The translations under genes and the position numbers were made by a program. DNA of 64,000 bases from Clostridia bacterium. GTDB lineage: Bacteria > Bacillota > Clostridia > TANB77 > CAG-465. Under the pieces are notes generated by a model. It made no database searches. It worked only from the letters and a program-made list of their open reading frames with translations, and was not told the origin of the DNA. Each line of letters starts with the position of its first letter. Positions within the stretch are counted from its first letter, which is position 1. The stretch lies in assembly GCA_045611765.1 (NCBI GenBank), contig JAZKXT010000012.1, positions 119,440-183,439 of the forward strand, written 5' to 3'. This document shows, piece by piece, positions 29,585 through 38,301 of this stretch.

Positions 29585-30379
29585 TTAATCCTCCTTTAAC
29601 ATTTCATTTAATTTTTCCCCAACTTCAAATCCTTTTTTATAGAAAGATCCAATATCCATATCTAAATATTTATTTCTATAACAAAGCTCTAAAGTAACGG
29701 GACCTATATAATTGCATTTCTTTAGGTTACTTATTACTTGCACCCAATCTAATGTACCGTCAAAAGGTATTAAATGTAAATCATCACTTTGGTCGTTATC
29801 GTGCAAATGTACAGCAAATATTTTGTCTTTAAATTTTTCAAAATTAAATTTATCGTTAAAATGAACATGATAATGTCCAGAATCGAAACATATACCAACG
29901 TTGTCAATTACAATATTGTCTATAACATATTCTAGATAACCTTGAATTTTAGTGTTTTCAAACGCAACTTTTACTTCAAGCTTTTTAGCGTATGCTAAAA
30001 TTTCTTTTAATCGATTTAAACCTATTTCATTGTATTGGGGGGCCTCGTTTTTACTAGTTAAATGCATTATAACCATTGGTATATTATTTTCTTTGCATAT
30101 TTTGATATCATTTTTATAACTTTCAACCAAACTGCTACCAACATCATTATCTAGCCATAAATTGTTTATATACTTATATCCCAAGTGGGCAAAAATAACA
30201 TTTAAGCCACATTTTCTTATATATTCTAATTGTTTCTCTTGGCTAATTAACCAATCTTTATTATACCATTGTATAAATACATTCTTAAATCCAGCGCTTT
30301 TTATAGCATCTACTGTTTCGTAAATAGTAACGTTTTTGTTATCGTTACTAACTAATACTGCGATATTATTAACATTCAT
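29585..30379 (-). CDS. Sugar phosphate isomerase/epimerase (xylose isomerase-like TIM barrel / AP endonuclease 2 family)
   Basis: 264 aa. Contains the pattern VAFEN..., FDSGHYHV and VHLHDND typical of this TIM-barrel family. It is separated by 1 nt from the downstream HD gene. Confidence 0.6.
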   Translation of the reverse strand: MNVNNIAVLVSNDNKNVTIYETVDAIKSAGFKNVFIQWYNKDWLISQEKQLEYIRKCGLNVIFAHLGYKYINNLWLDNDVGSSLVESYKNDIKICKENNIPMVIMHLTSKNEAPQYNEIGLNRLKEILAYAKKLEVKVAFENTKIQGYLEYVIDNIVIDNVGICFDSGHYHVHFNDKFNFEKFKDKIFAVHLHDNDQSDDLHLIPFDGTLDWVQVISNLKKCNYIGPVTLELCYRNKYLDMDIGSFYKKGFEVGEKLNEMLKED

Positions 30380-30590
30380 AATTTTTCTCCTATTTTAATT
30401 GTCGAAATTGCTATAACCTATTTGCAAGCACCTTTATTATATATCAATTCATCAAAAAATCCTATAGCTTATAAAAATAATATTAGATTACATATATAAC
30501 TTTAAGAAGATGATTATTTTAGCGTAATTTGTAGTTTAATCTCGCTCTAAAATTAATGTTTCTCAAATTCGACATTTTAAACTAAAAAAC

Positions 30591-30619
30591 TTGAATACAG
30601 CCTCCTCTTTTGATATAAT
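30591..30619 (+). promoter_or_regulatory. Sigma-A-type promoter (TTGAAT-17-TATAAT)
   Basis: TTGAATacagcctcctcttttgaTATAAT with an exact 17-nt spacer, upstream of the autolysin gene. Confidence 0.6.
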
Positions 30620-30646
30620 CATGACTAAAAGAGAGGTTAGTTTTAA

Positions 30647-33379
30647 GTGATTAAATTACCAAAGAAATTTAAATGGGGTTCAAAAATATTTGGTATATCT
30701 ATAGCACTTTTATTTATGTTAAATAGTACAGAGGCAAGTATAAGAAAAGATTTGCCTGTGTCAAAAGTGTCGGACGAATTTCCGGAGACGTACCAACTAT
30801 ATATAGATAAATTAAAAGAGAGATATCCTACAGCGACATTTAAAGCTGTATACACTGGTTTGGATTGGAACTTAGTATTAAAACATGAAAGCTATGAGGT
30901 AAAAAAGGGAATTAGTTTGGTGCCAAGTAGTTATTCAACAGTATGGAAGAAAGATGGAAAAAACATATATATGGATGGCAACTTTGTAGTAGCATCAAAA
31001 AGTGCAGTAGCATACGTACTTGATCCAAGAAATTCCTTGTATGAAAAAACAGTATTTCAGTTCGAAGGTCTTTCATACAATCCAAATATAACGACGGATG
31101 TAATAGAAAAAGTAATGAGTTCATCACCAATGATAGGGTCATATTCTAATAAGTATAAAAATGCTGGACAATGGATAGAGATGGACATGTCTTACGCAGA
31201 TATTATACATAAAGTAGGGGAAGAACAAGGTGTTAGTAGTGTATATATTGCTTCAAGATTAATACAAGAAACATCAGGAGACATTGTAAACAATGGCAGT
31301 ATTAACGGCTCGAATGTGACATATCCAGGGGTATACAATTTCTTTAATATTGGTGCTACACCGAATGCAGATGGAACGGGCGCGGTTTTAAATGGTTTAA
31401 AATATGCCAAGTCGCAAGGATGGACAAATCCGTATTTTGCTATATCCGGTGGAGTAAGTGAGATAAAAAATTCATATATAAAATATGGTCAAGATACAGT
31501 ATATTTCCAAAAATTCGATGTTAATAATCCGTATGGTAATGCGAGCGCGCTTATGGCGTATCAATACCAAACTAACATAATGGCTCCTACAAGTGAGAGT
31601 TTAATATCTTATAGGGCATATAGTAAATTAGATATGCTAGATGCAGCTTTTACATTCTACATTCCAGTATACAACAACATGCCACAAGACCCTACGCCAT
31701 ATCCTGCTGGAGATACAGCAAAGTTTGAGGTAGACAACACTAAAGTATACTTAGATGATACAACAGATAGTGGTAAAGAAATATTTAATATTCGTTCTTC
31801 AGCAAATGCTGAGCTAGATAATATAATATATACAATAACAGAAACTTCAGAAGATGCAAATGAAAGAACAATATTAACTAGAACACAAAAAGGAAATGGC
31901 TATGACTGGGATTATGTAGAAGTTAAAATTGATGGTAAAACTGTTAAGGGATATGTATGGAAAGACTATGTACAAACATACCAATATACAAAAGTAGAGA
32001 GTGTTTCTTTAGATAAGACGGAAATTACAATAGAAGAGGATGAAACATTAAAATTGGTAGCGACGGTAATGCCAGAAGGTGCTAGGTTTAAAGAAATAAT
32101 ATGGGCATCTTCACATAACAATATAGTAACTGTGGAAAATGGAGAGATAAAAGGTGTTGGTGTGGGAACAGCAACTATAACAGCTGCAACTGAAGATCAA
32201 GGTAAAATAGCAGTGTGTCAAGTTACTGTAAATGAGAAACCATATGACATGACATTAGATAAGGATGCATATACAGTAGAAGCTGGATGTCAAATAACAC
32301 CAACAGTAACGCTAAAAAAAGTGGAACAATATACACTAACAGTTGCAGATGAAAATATTGCAAAAGTAATAGATAATAAAACTATAGAAGGCTTGGCTGA
32401 AGGAGAAACAACAATTGAGGTGCGTGCTGTAGGGGTTGAACTTGTAAAAACAGCAAAACTTACAGTAACTCCAAAAGAATATTTAATAATAACGGATAAA
32501 GAGGAATATACTGTAGAAGTAGAAAGTACAACAACTCCAACTGTTACTTTGAAAAATATACAAGGTTATACATTAGAGATAGTAGATACAACTATAGCAT
32601 TGCTAGAAGACAAGACTATAAAGGGAATAAAGGCAGGAGAAACGACTTTAAGAATATTAGGTATTGGTACAGAAATGGTCAAAGAAGTGAAGTTAATAGT
32701 ATCTCCTAAGGAACAAAAAATAACTTTAGATAAGCAAGAATATATTATAAGAATAGGTGAAACTGTAACGCCAGAAATTACGCTTAAAAACATAGAAGGA
32801 TATACTTTAGAGGTATTAGATACAACTATAGCGACTGTAGAAGATAAAACTGTAAAAGGTGTAGTGGCAGGCGAGACAATATTAAGAGTGCTAGGGATAG
32901 ATACAGAAATTGTTAAAGAGGTAAAATTAACAGTACTACCAAATGAAAGTTATACATTAGACGAAAGTATAAAATTAGATGTTGAAACTAAACAAATTTC
33001 AGGAATATCTGAGGCAACGAAAGTTTCGGATGTTAAGTCGAAAATAAAGATTGAAGGATTAAATGTTAAGTTCAAAGATATTAATAATAATGAACTAACA
33101 GATGAATCTTTAATAGGAACTGGAACAATAATAGCATTCTTAAGAGAAGATAATACGGAATATGATAAACTAACGGTTGTTGTATATGGAGATGTAAACG
33201 GTGACGGTTACATATTTGCAAACGACTATGTATTAATAAAAAATTATATAATGGGTGAAGGCGATTTGACTAGCATAGGTAAAACCGCAGCAGATGTTAG
33301 TAGAGATACGTATGTATATGCAAATGATTATGTACTAATAAAAAATTATATAATGGGTGAAGGAAGTATCACTCAGTAA
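30647..33379 (+). CDS. Secreted multidomain cell-wall hydrolase: GH73-type N-acetylglucosaminidase, SH3-like domain, Big_2 Ig-like domain, three tandem 78-80-aa repeats, C-terminal type I dockerin
   Basis: GTG start and a signal-anchor. The glucosaminidase motif reads ASRLIQETSGD...YNFFNIGA. The Big_2-like stretch reads GTATITAATEDQGKIAVCQVTV. The dockerin reads GDVNGDGYIFANDYVLIKNYIMGEG plus a second degenerate segment. Confidence 0.75.
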   Translation: MIKLPKKFKWGSKIFGISIALLFMLNSTEASIRKDLPVSKVSDEFPETYQLYIDKLKERYPTATFKAVYTGLDWNLVLKHESYEVKKGISLVPSSYSTVWKKDGKNIYMDGNFVVASKSAVAYVLDPRNSLYEKTVFQFEGLSYNPNITTDVIEKVMSSSPMIGSYSNKYKNAGQWIEMDMSYADIIHKVGEEQGVSSVYIASRLIQETSGDIVNNGSINGSNVTYPGVYNFFNIGATPNADGTGAVLNGLKYAKSQGWTNPYFAISGGVSEIKNSYIKYGQDTVYFQKFDVNNPYGNASALMAYQYQTNIMAPTSESLISYRAYSKLDMLDAAFTFYIPVYNNMPQDPTPYPAGDTAKFEVDNTKVYLDDTTDSGKEIFNIRSSANAELDNIIYTITETSEDANERTILTRTQKGNGYDWDYVEVKIDGKTVKGYVWKDYVQTYQYTKVESVSLDKTEITIEEDETLKLVATVMPEGARFKEIIWASSHNNIVTVENGEIKGVGVGTATITAATEDQGKIAVCQVTVNEKPYDMTLDKDAYTVEAGCQITPTVTLKKVEQYTLTVADENIAKVIDNKTIEGLAEGETTIEVRAVGVELVKTAKLTVTPKEYLIITDKEEYTVEVESTTTPTVTLKNIQGYTLEIVDTTIALLEDKTIKGIKAGETTLRILGIGTEMVKEVKLIVSPKEQKITLDKQEYIIRIGETVTPEITLKNIEGYTLEVLDTTIATVEDKTVKGVVAGETILRVLGIDTEIVKEVKLTVLPNESYTLDESIKLDVETKQISGISEATKVSDVKSKIKIEGLNVKFKDINNNELTDESLIGTGTIIAFLREDNTEYDKLTVVVYGDVNGDGYIFANDYVLIKNYIMGEGDLTSIGKTAADVSRDTYVYANDYVLIKNYIMGEGSITQ
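32237..32947 (+). repeat. Three tandem coding repeats (234-240 bp each) inside the autolysin gene
   Basis: The peptide units are LDK.EYTVE....TPTVTLKN..GYTLE..DTTIA..EDKT.KG..AGETT.R.LG...E.VKEVKL.V.PKE. Unit boundaries are at about 32237, 32479 and 32714. Confidence 0.85.
33188..33376 (+). other. Dockerin type I module (two Ca-binding loop/helix segments)
   Basis: GDVNGDGYIFANDYVLIKNYIMG is followed by ADVSRDTYVYANDYVLIKNYIMG. The DNA units at 33218-33262 and 33320-33364 are near-identical and offset by 102 nt. Confidence 0.7.
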
Positions 33380-33394
33380 GAAAGGAATATAGTA

Positions 33395-34549
33395 ATGAAG
33401 AAAATATTTATGATATTAGTGATGTGTGTGTGTTTCATATTTATAGGGAACGTATATGCTGCAAATGTAACGTTATCTGGTTCTTCAACTGGTACACCGG
33501 GCAAGAAAATAACTATTACAGTAAAAGGCGATTTTACAGGCAGAGTAAATTTAAATGCAAATAATGGTACTTTAAGTAAAAGCAGTGTTTGGATAGAAAA
33601 CAATTCTCAAACAGTTACAGTTACTTTGGGGAATAGTGGAAGCACAGTGGTAACGGCAACACCGGCAACAGGCGCATCAGATAAGGACGGAAATATAATA
33701 ACAGTATCAGCAAAGAGTAAAACGATAACAATATCTCAGCCAACTACTACGGGAGATAAAGAGACTACAACAACTACAAAGTCTTCAAATTGTAACTTGT
33801 CTAAAATATCTTTAAGCGTGGAAGGGTTAAGTTTTAAATCTAGTCAAACAACATACAATATAAAGGTTGGACCTGATGTAGATAATATAACTGTAAAAGC
33901 GACGCCAGCTCATTCTAGAGCAACATATACCGTAAGTGGCAATAAGAACTTAAAAGCAGGAAACAATGTTATAAAGATTGTTGTAAGAGCAGAAAATGGT
34001 GCTACAAAAACATATAAAATAAATGTAGAAAAAGCGGGAGATATAGAAGATACAAGTGCGGAGCTTTCTAACCTAATAATAGAGGATATGACATTAGATA
34101 AACCTTTTGCACCCACAGAAACAGAATATACTGGCAGCAAAATGAAGTATACACAAAGGTTAAATATTTTACCATATACGGTTTCAGAAAAGGCAACATA
34201 TGAAATACTAGGAAACGAAGATTTTAAAGAGGGTGAAAATACAATTATTATAAAAGTAACTTCATTTGATGGTACAAACGAATTAGAGTATAAGGTTACT
34301 TTTGAGATGATGTCTGAGCAAGAAACAAATGCGCTTCAAATAGTACAGCCGAATGATAATAATATTGGAAGTGCAATTATGAATGAAAAGACAGAAAAAA
34401 CATTTTGGGATTTGGTAGCTGAAAATTCAACAATTATTTTGTTATATTTATTAGCTTTAGTTGAATTTGGTCAAGTGATATATCTATATGTACAATTACA
34501 GAGCGTCAATCCAGATTCTCTAAAAGTAAAAAGACGTAGACAAAAATAA
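33395..34549 (+). CDS. Surface protein: signal peptide, about 95-aa beta-rich N-domain, two cadherin-like beta-sandwich domains, C-terminal TM anchor
   Basis: NLSKISLSVEGLSFKSSQTTYNIKV...GNNVIKIVVRAENGATKTYKINV and LSNLIIEDMTLDKPFAPTETEYT...GENTIIIKVTSFDGTNELEYKVT fit the cadherin-like beta-sandwich family pattern. There is a hydrophobic helix plus KVKRRRQK at the C-terminus. Confidence 0.65.
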   Translation: MKKIFMILVMCVCFIFIGNVYAANVTLSGSSTGTPGKKITITVKGDFTGRVNLNANNGTLSKSSVWIENNSQTVTVTLGNSGSTVVTATPATGASDKDGNIITVSAKSKTITISQPTTTGDKETTTTTKSSNCNLSKISLSVEGLSFKSSQTTYNIKVGPDVDNITVKATPAHSRATYTVSGNKNLKAGNNVIKIVVRAENGATKTYKINVEKAGDIEDTSAELSNLIIEDMTLDKPFAPTETEYTGSKMKYTQRLNILPYTVSEKATYEILGNEDFKEGENTIIIKVTSFDGTNELEYKVTFEMMSEQETNALQIVQPNDNNIGSAIMNEKTEKTFWDLVAENSTIILLYLLALVEFGQVIYLYVQLQSVNPDSLKVKRRRQK

Positions 34550-34598
34550 AAAATAACAAAAAATATAATTAATCATATTATACATTAAGGTGAATAAT

Positions 34599-35139
34599 AT
34601 GATTAATTTTTTTAAGGATCTATATAAAGAGGCAAAGAATATAAAAGATAAAGATCCAGCCGCTAAAAGCGTTTTGGAAGTAGCGTTACTTTATCCTCGG
34701 ATTTCATGCATTAGTTTGGCATAGAATTGCGCATTTTTTGTATAGAAAGAAATTAAAGTTTTTAGCAAGACTAATATCTCAGATAACACGTTTTTGGACT
34801 GGTATTGAACTTCATCCTGGGGCTATTATAGGGAAAAGGATATTTATAGACCATGGAATGGGAATTGTTATTGGTGAGACGGCGGTTGTGGGAGACCAGT
34901 GTACAATATATCATGGAGTGACGTTGGGAGGCACTGGTAAGGATAGCGGAAAAAGGCATCCAACTATAGGAAACAATGTAATGCTAGGAACTGGCGCAAA
35001 AGTTTTAGGTCCCATTACTATTGCGGATAATATTAAAATTGGTGCGGGAGCAGTAGTGATAAAATCGTGCGAAATAGAAGGTGCAACAATAGTAGGTACA
35101 AAGGGAAAAGTTTTAGTAGATGGTATTGTAAAAAAATAG
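34599..35139 (+). pseudogene. cysE: Serine O-acetyltransferase disrupted by a 1-nt insertion near 34698
   Basis: The frame from the ATG at 34599 gives [33 protein letters not shown] and then a stop at 34722. The +1 frame continues [59 protein letters not shown], which is colinear with B. subtilis CysE. The sequence CCT-C-GGA carries one extra base. Confidence 0.85.
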
Positions 35140-35173
35140 TTGATGTAATATAATGTGCACAGAGGAAAAAGTG

Positions 35174-36517
35174 ATGGGAAAAACAGAAGAAGTTTTGAAA
35201 CAATTAAATCAACCGGTAACAAAAGAACAACTAGAAAAAATAGTTTATAGCATTTTTTGTATTATTATTTTTATAACACCTTTTTTTAAAGATACACGTG
35301 GTATGGCTATTTATTCCCTTTGGAATACAATTTTTATTATAGTAACAGCAACTGTTGCTATTACATTGTTAATATTAAATTATAAGAAGATAAAAATAAA
35401 CATATACCATATATTATTTGCGGTATATCTACTTTTGGTGGCATTATCCACTATGTTTACTGAGCATGGAATAGTAGAATGTATACTTGGCACAAATGGC
35501 AGAGGAGAAGGTTTGATTACTATAATTTGCTATGTGCTCACATTCATTATATTTGCCAATGGCCATAAACAAATGAAAGGGGCATCAAAGATAATAATTC
35601 TAGCTATTATATTTGTTGCTGGTCACTCTTTTATACAAGCATATATAGGAGGTGAGAACCTGGCTACGGGTGCCGCAAGAGCAAACTTTGGCAATCAAAA
35701 CTTTTTATCTAGCTATGTGTGTTTGTTCTTGCCTATGAGTTGTTTTTATTATACAAATTATATAAACTCGCGAACTCGCACAATAATAAGCCTTTTGTTA
35801 TCGTCGTTATTATTTATGACATTAATTTTTGCGTCAACTTTAGGTGGGTATATCACATTTGCTATTATGCTAACAATTATAAGTATATTTTCAGTTATAT
35901 ATTCAAAAAACAAAAAAACTACTGTAAGTAGAATTTTAATTTTATTGCTTGTTTTCATGTTTATCTTTATTGGTGTAAATATAATGAAAGATGGAGTGTA
36001 TAATAAAGAGCTTGTTGGAGTTAAAACGGAAGTTGAAAATTTAACAAACGGAAGTGACAAGTTCGGCAGTGGTAGAATGGAAATATGGAAAAAGTCGTTA
36101 GATATTATTAATAGGAACAAACTATTTGGCGTAGGTCCGGATAGTATGAAGAAAGAGTTGAAGGATGAAAGTTATATTACAAATGGTGAAAATGACATAT
36201 TAAATCGCTATATAATAGACAAAGCACATTCTGAACCATTGCATATTGCAGTAACAACCGGTATTCCGTCAGCTGTAATATATGTTCTAATTGTTGCAAT
36301 AATAGGTATAAAATTATTTAGTATAGTTATAAAGGATACTAAAAATAAAGGTATAGAGGATAATGATACAAAATATAAAACGTTAGTTTTAATATGCTTT
36401 GCAAGCTATCTTATGCAGTCTGTGATAAATATTAGTGTAATACAAGTGGCGCCAATATTTTTTGCTGTTATGGGGACTGCATCAAGTCTTGGACAAGTAG
36501 GGAATGATAGAAAATAA
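35174..36517 (+). CDS. O-antigen ligase/polymerase (Wzy_C)-family polytopic membrane protein
   Basis: About 10-12 TM helices. An extracytoplasmic loop reads GSGRMEIWKKSL..GVGPDS...DKAHSEPLHIAVTTGIPS, typical of O-antigen ligase-like proteins. I prefer the ATG at 35174. Confidence 0.65.
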   Translation: MGKTEEVLKQLNQPVTKEQLEKIVYSIFCIIIFITPFFKDTRGMAIYSLWNTIFIIVTATVAITLLILNYKKIKINIYHILFAVYLLLVALSTMFTEHGIVECILGTNGRGEGLITIICYVLTFIIFANGHKQMKGASKIIILAIIFVAGHSFIQAYIGGENLATGAARANFGNQNFLSSYVCLFLPMSCFYYTNYINSRTRTIISLLLSSLLFMTLIFASTLGGYITFAIMLTIISIFSVIYSKNKKTTVSRILILLLVFMFIFIGVNIMKDGVYNKELVGVKTEVENLTNGSDKFGSGRMEIWKKSLDIINRNKLFGVGPDSMKKELKDESYITNGENDILNRYIIDKAHSEPLHIAVTTGIPSAVIYVLIVAIIGIKLFSIVIKDTKNKGIEDNDTKYKTLVLICFASYLMQSVINISVIQVAPIFFAVMGTASSLGQVGNDRK

Positions 36518-36535
36518 ATATGTATAAAAGTAAAA

Positions 36536-36562
36536 TTAGCACTCTGGATAAGAAAGTGCTAA
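36536..36562 (+). promoter_or_regulatory. CIRCE-like inverted repeat 1 (TTAGCACTC-N9-AAGTGCTAA), doubling as the upstream terminator hairpin
   Basis: One mismatch to the CIRCE consensus TTAGCACTC-N9-GAGTGCTAA. It is followed by TTTTTT and lies 28 nt upstream of the -35 box. Confidence 0.6.
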
Positions 36563-36589
36563 TTTTTTGAATTTTTTTATTGAAAACGG

Positions 36590-36618
36590 TTGACAATATA
36601 TAAATATAGTAGTATTAT
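36590..36618 (+). promoter_or_regulatory. Sigma-A promoter of the hrcA-grpE-dnaK-dnaJ operon (TTGACA-17-TATTAT)
   Basis: Consensus -35 box, exact 17-nt spacer, TATTAT -10 box. Confidence 0.7.
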
Positions 36619-36628
36619 ATAGGAGAAA

Positions 36629-36655
36629 TTAGCACTTGGGGTTTTAGAGTGCTAA
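36629..36655 (+). promoter_or_regulatory. CIRCE operator 2 (TTAGCACTT-N9-GAGTGCTAA), the HrcA binding site
   Basis: One mismatch to consensus. It sits between the predicted TSS and the hrcA start codon, the classical CIRCE position. Confidence 0.85.
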
Positions 36656-36667
36656 AAGGTGAATATA

Positions 36668-37675
36668 ATGGAATTAGATGAAAGAAAGAAAAGGATACTT
36701 GCAACGGTTGTTGAAAGTTATATTGAGTCGGCTGAACCGGTTGGTTCTAAGCAAATTGCAGAAGAATATGAGCACGAGTACAGTTCGGCAACAATACGTA
36801 ATGAAATGAAGTTGTTAGAAGACTATGGCTTTTTAGAGCAACCTCATGTGTCTAGCGGTAGAGTGCCTTCTACTAAAGGATACAGATATTACGTAGATAA
36901 CCTTATGACTAATGACACATTAAGTATGGTAGACATCGACTATATAAATAACAACATAGTAAGTTATGGTAGTGTTGAGAAAACGCTTGAGCACGCTGCA
37001 GAGGTTGTGTCAAAACTTTTAAAATTACCAGCAGTGCTTAATGTAAGTTCAACCGATGTAGTAGAAAATATAAAGATATTAAAGATTTCAGAAAAGGTAC
37101 TTTTAATAATTCTTATGTCTAAATCTGGGACGGTAAAAGATGTGGTTGTCCAAATTACAGATTCTTTGCCCGAGGAAAGAATAGATGAGTTATCTAAATT
37201 ACTTAACAAGAATTTAAAAGGGACACCGCTTGAAAGCTTACCATTAGTTTTAAATGAAATAGTACATAAAGAATTAAGTCACTATTCACAAGTGTTAAAT
37301 GAGATAAACAAAAACATGCTACAAAAGATGTCAGAAACTAAATCTTCTGTAAAAGGAGACATATCTAGTCTTTTGGCATTACCGGAATTTTCAGAAGTAA
37401 ACGAAGTTAAAAAATTCTTAAATGTAGTCGGAACTAAGGATATAATAAGTGATGTTTTGGACAAATTAGAACAAAACGATGTTTCTGTAATTATCGGTAG
37501 CGAGCATAAAGAAATGTTACTTAAAGATTATACATTAGTATCACTTGACATGACAGATGATATTACAAATGCGAGTTTAGGTGTAATAGCACCTAAAAGG
37601 GTGGATTATTCAAAAACAATAAATACATTAAAATTAGTAAATGAAAAGCTAAGAAAACTATTTAATAAAGATTAA
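36668..37675 (+). CDS. hrcA: Heat-inducible transcription repressor HrcA
   Basis: MELDERKKRILATVVESYIESAEPVGSKQIAE...SSATIRNEMKLLEDYGFLEQPHVSSGRVPS is the classical HrcA N-terminus. The gene is first in the dnaK operon. Confidence 0.93.
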   Translation: MELDERKKRILATVVESYIESAEPVGSKQIAEEYEHEYSSATIRNEMKLLEDYGFLEQPHVSSGRVPSTKGYRYYVDNLMTNDTLSMVDIDYINNNIVSYGSVEKTLEHAAEVVSKLLKLPAVLNVSSTDVVENIKILKISEKVLLIILMSKSGTVKDVVVQITDSLPEERIDELSKLLNKNLKGTPLESLPLVLNEIVHKELSHYSQVLNEINKNMLQKMSETKSSVKGDISSLLALPEFSEVNEVKKFLNVVGTKDIISDVLDKLEQNDVSVIIGSEHKEMLLKDYTLVSLDMTDDITNASLGVIAPKRVDYSKTINTLKLVNEKLRKLFNKD

Positions 37676-37687
37676 GGAGGTGTTTAT

Positions 37688-38212
37688 GTGGCTAAAGCAA
37701 AAAAAGACGAAGTAGTTGAACAAGAAGAAAACAAAGACGTTATAGATACAGAAGCGTATATAGCAAAACTTAATCAGGATTTAGAAGAGCAAAAGAAAAA
37801 AGCAGATGAATATGTAGACAGTCTTAAACGTAATATGGCAGAGTTCGATAACTTCAAAAAGAGGATGAACAAAGAGAAAGAATCGCTGTACACTTCAATA
37901 TTATCTGATGTAATTTCAAATTTACTTCCAGTGATAGACAATTTTGAAAAAGCAAAAGATGCAGAATGTACAGATGAAACATACAAAACTGGAGTTTCAA
38001 TGATATATAATCAGTTAATGGAACTTTTAAATAAACAAGGTGTAGAAAAGATACCGGATTTAGGAGTGACATTTGATCCAGATATTCATGAAGCAGTAAT
38101 GAGTGTTGAGGATGAAACAAAAGGTGATAAAGAAATAGTTGAAGTGTTTAGAACAGGATACAGACTTAAAGACAAAGTAGTGCGCCACTCACTTGTAAAA
38201 GTGGCAAATTAA
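37688..38212 (+). CDS. grpE: Nucleotide exchange factor GrpE
   Basis: GTG start 8 nt after AAGGAGG. Contains RNMAEFDNFKKR (GrpE signature region) and FDPDIHEAV...GYRLKDKVVRHSLVKV. Confidence 0.92.
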   Translation: MAKAKKDEVVEQEENKDVIDTEAYIAKLNQDLEEQKKKADEYVDSLKRNMAEFDNFKKRMNKEKESLYTSILSDVISNLLPVIDNFEKAKDAECTDETYKTGVSMIYNQLMELLNKQGVEKIPDLGVTFDPDIHEAVMSVEDETKGDKEIVEVFRTGYRLKDKVVRHSLVKVAN

Positions 38213-38301
38213 TAAAAGGTTAAAACTTGAATATATAATAAATAGTTATAATATATATTCAAGCTTATACATAATTTTGTAGTAATAGGAGGAATTAAAT
38301 T

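Noticed and set aside
30601-30636. CCTCCTCTTTT ... AAAAGAGAGG pairing could sequester the autolysin RBS.
   Set aside because: The left arm lies in the promoter spacer upstream of the predicted TSS, so it would not be part of the mRNA made from that promoter.
32237-33364. The regularly spaced repeats could be a CRISPR array or a non-coding tandem repeat.
   Set aside because: The units are 234-240 bp (or 45 bp at a 102-nt offset in the dockerin) and lie in one uninterrupted reading frame encoding protein-domain repeats. No short repeat/spacer architecture exists anywhere in the window.
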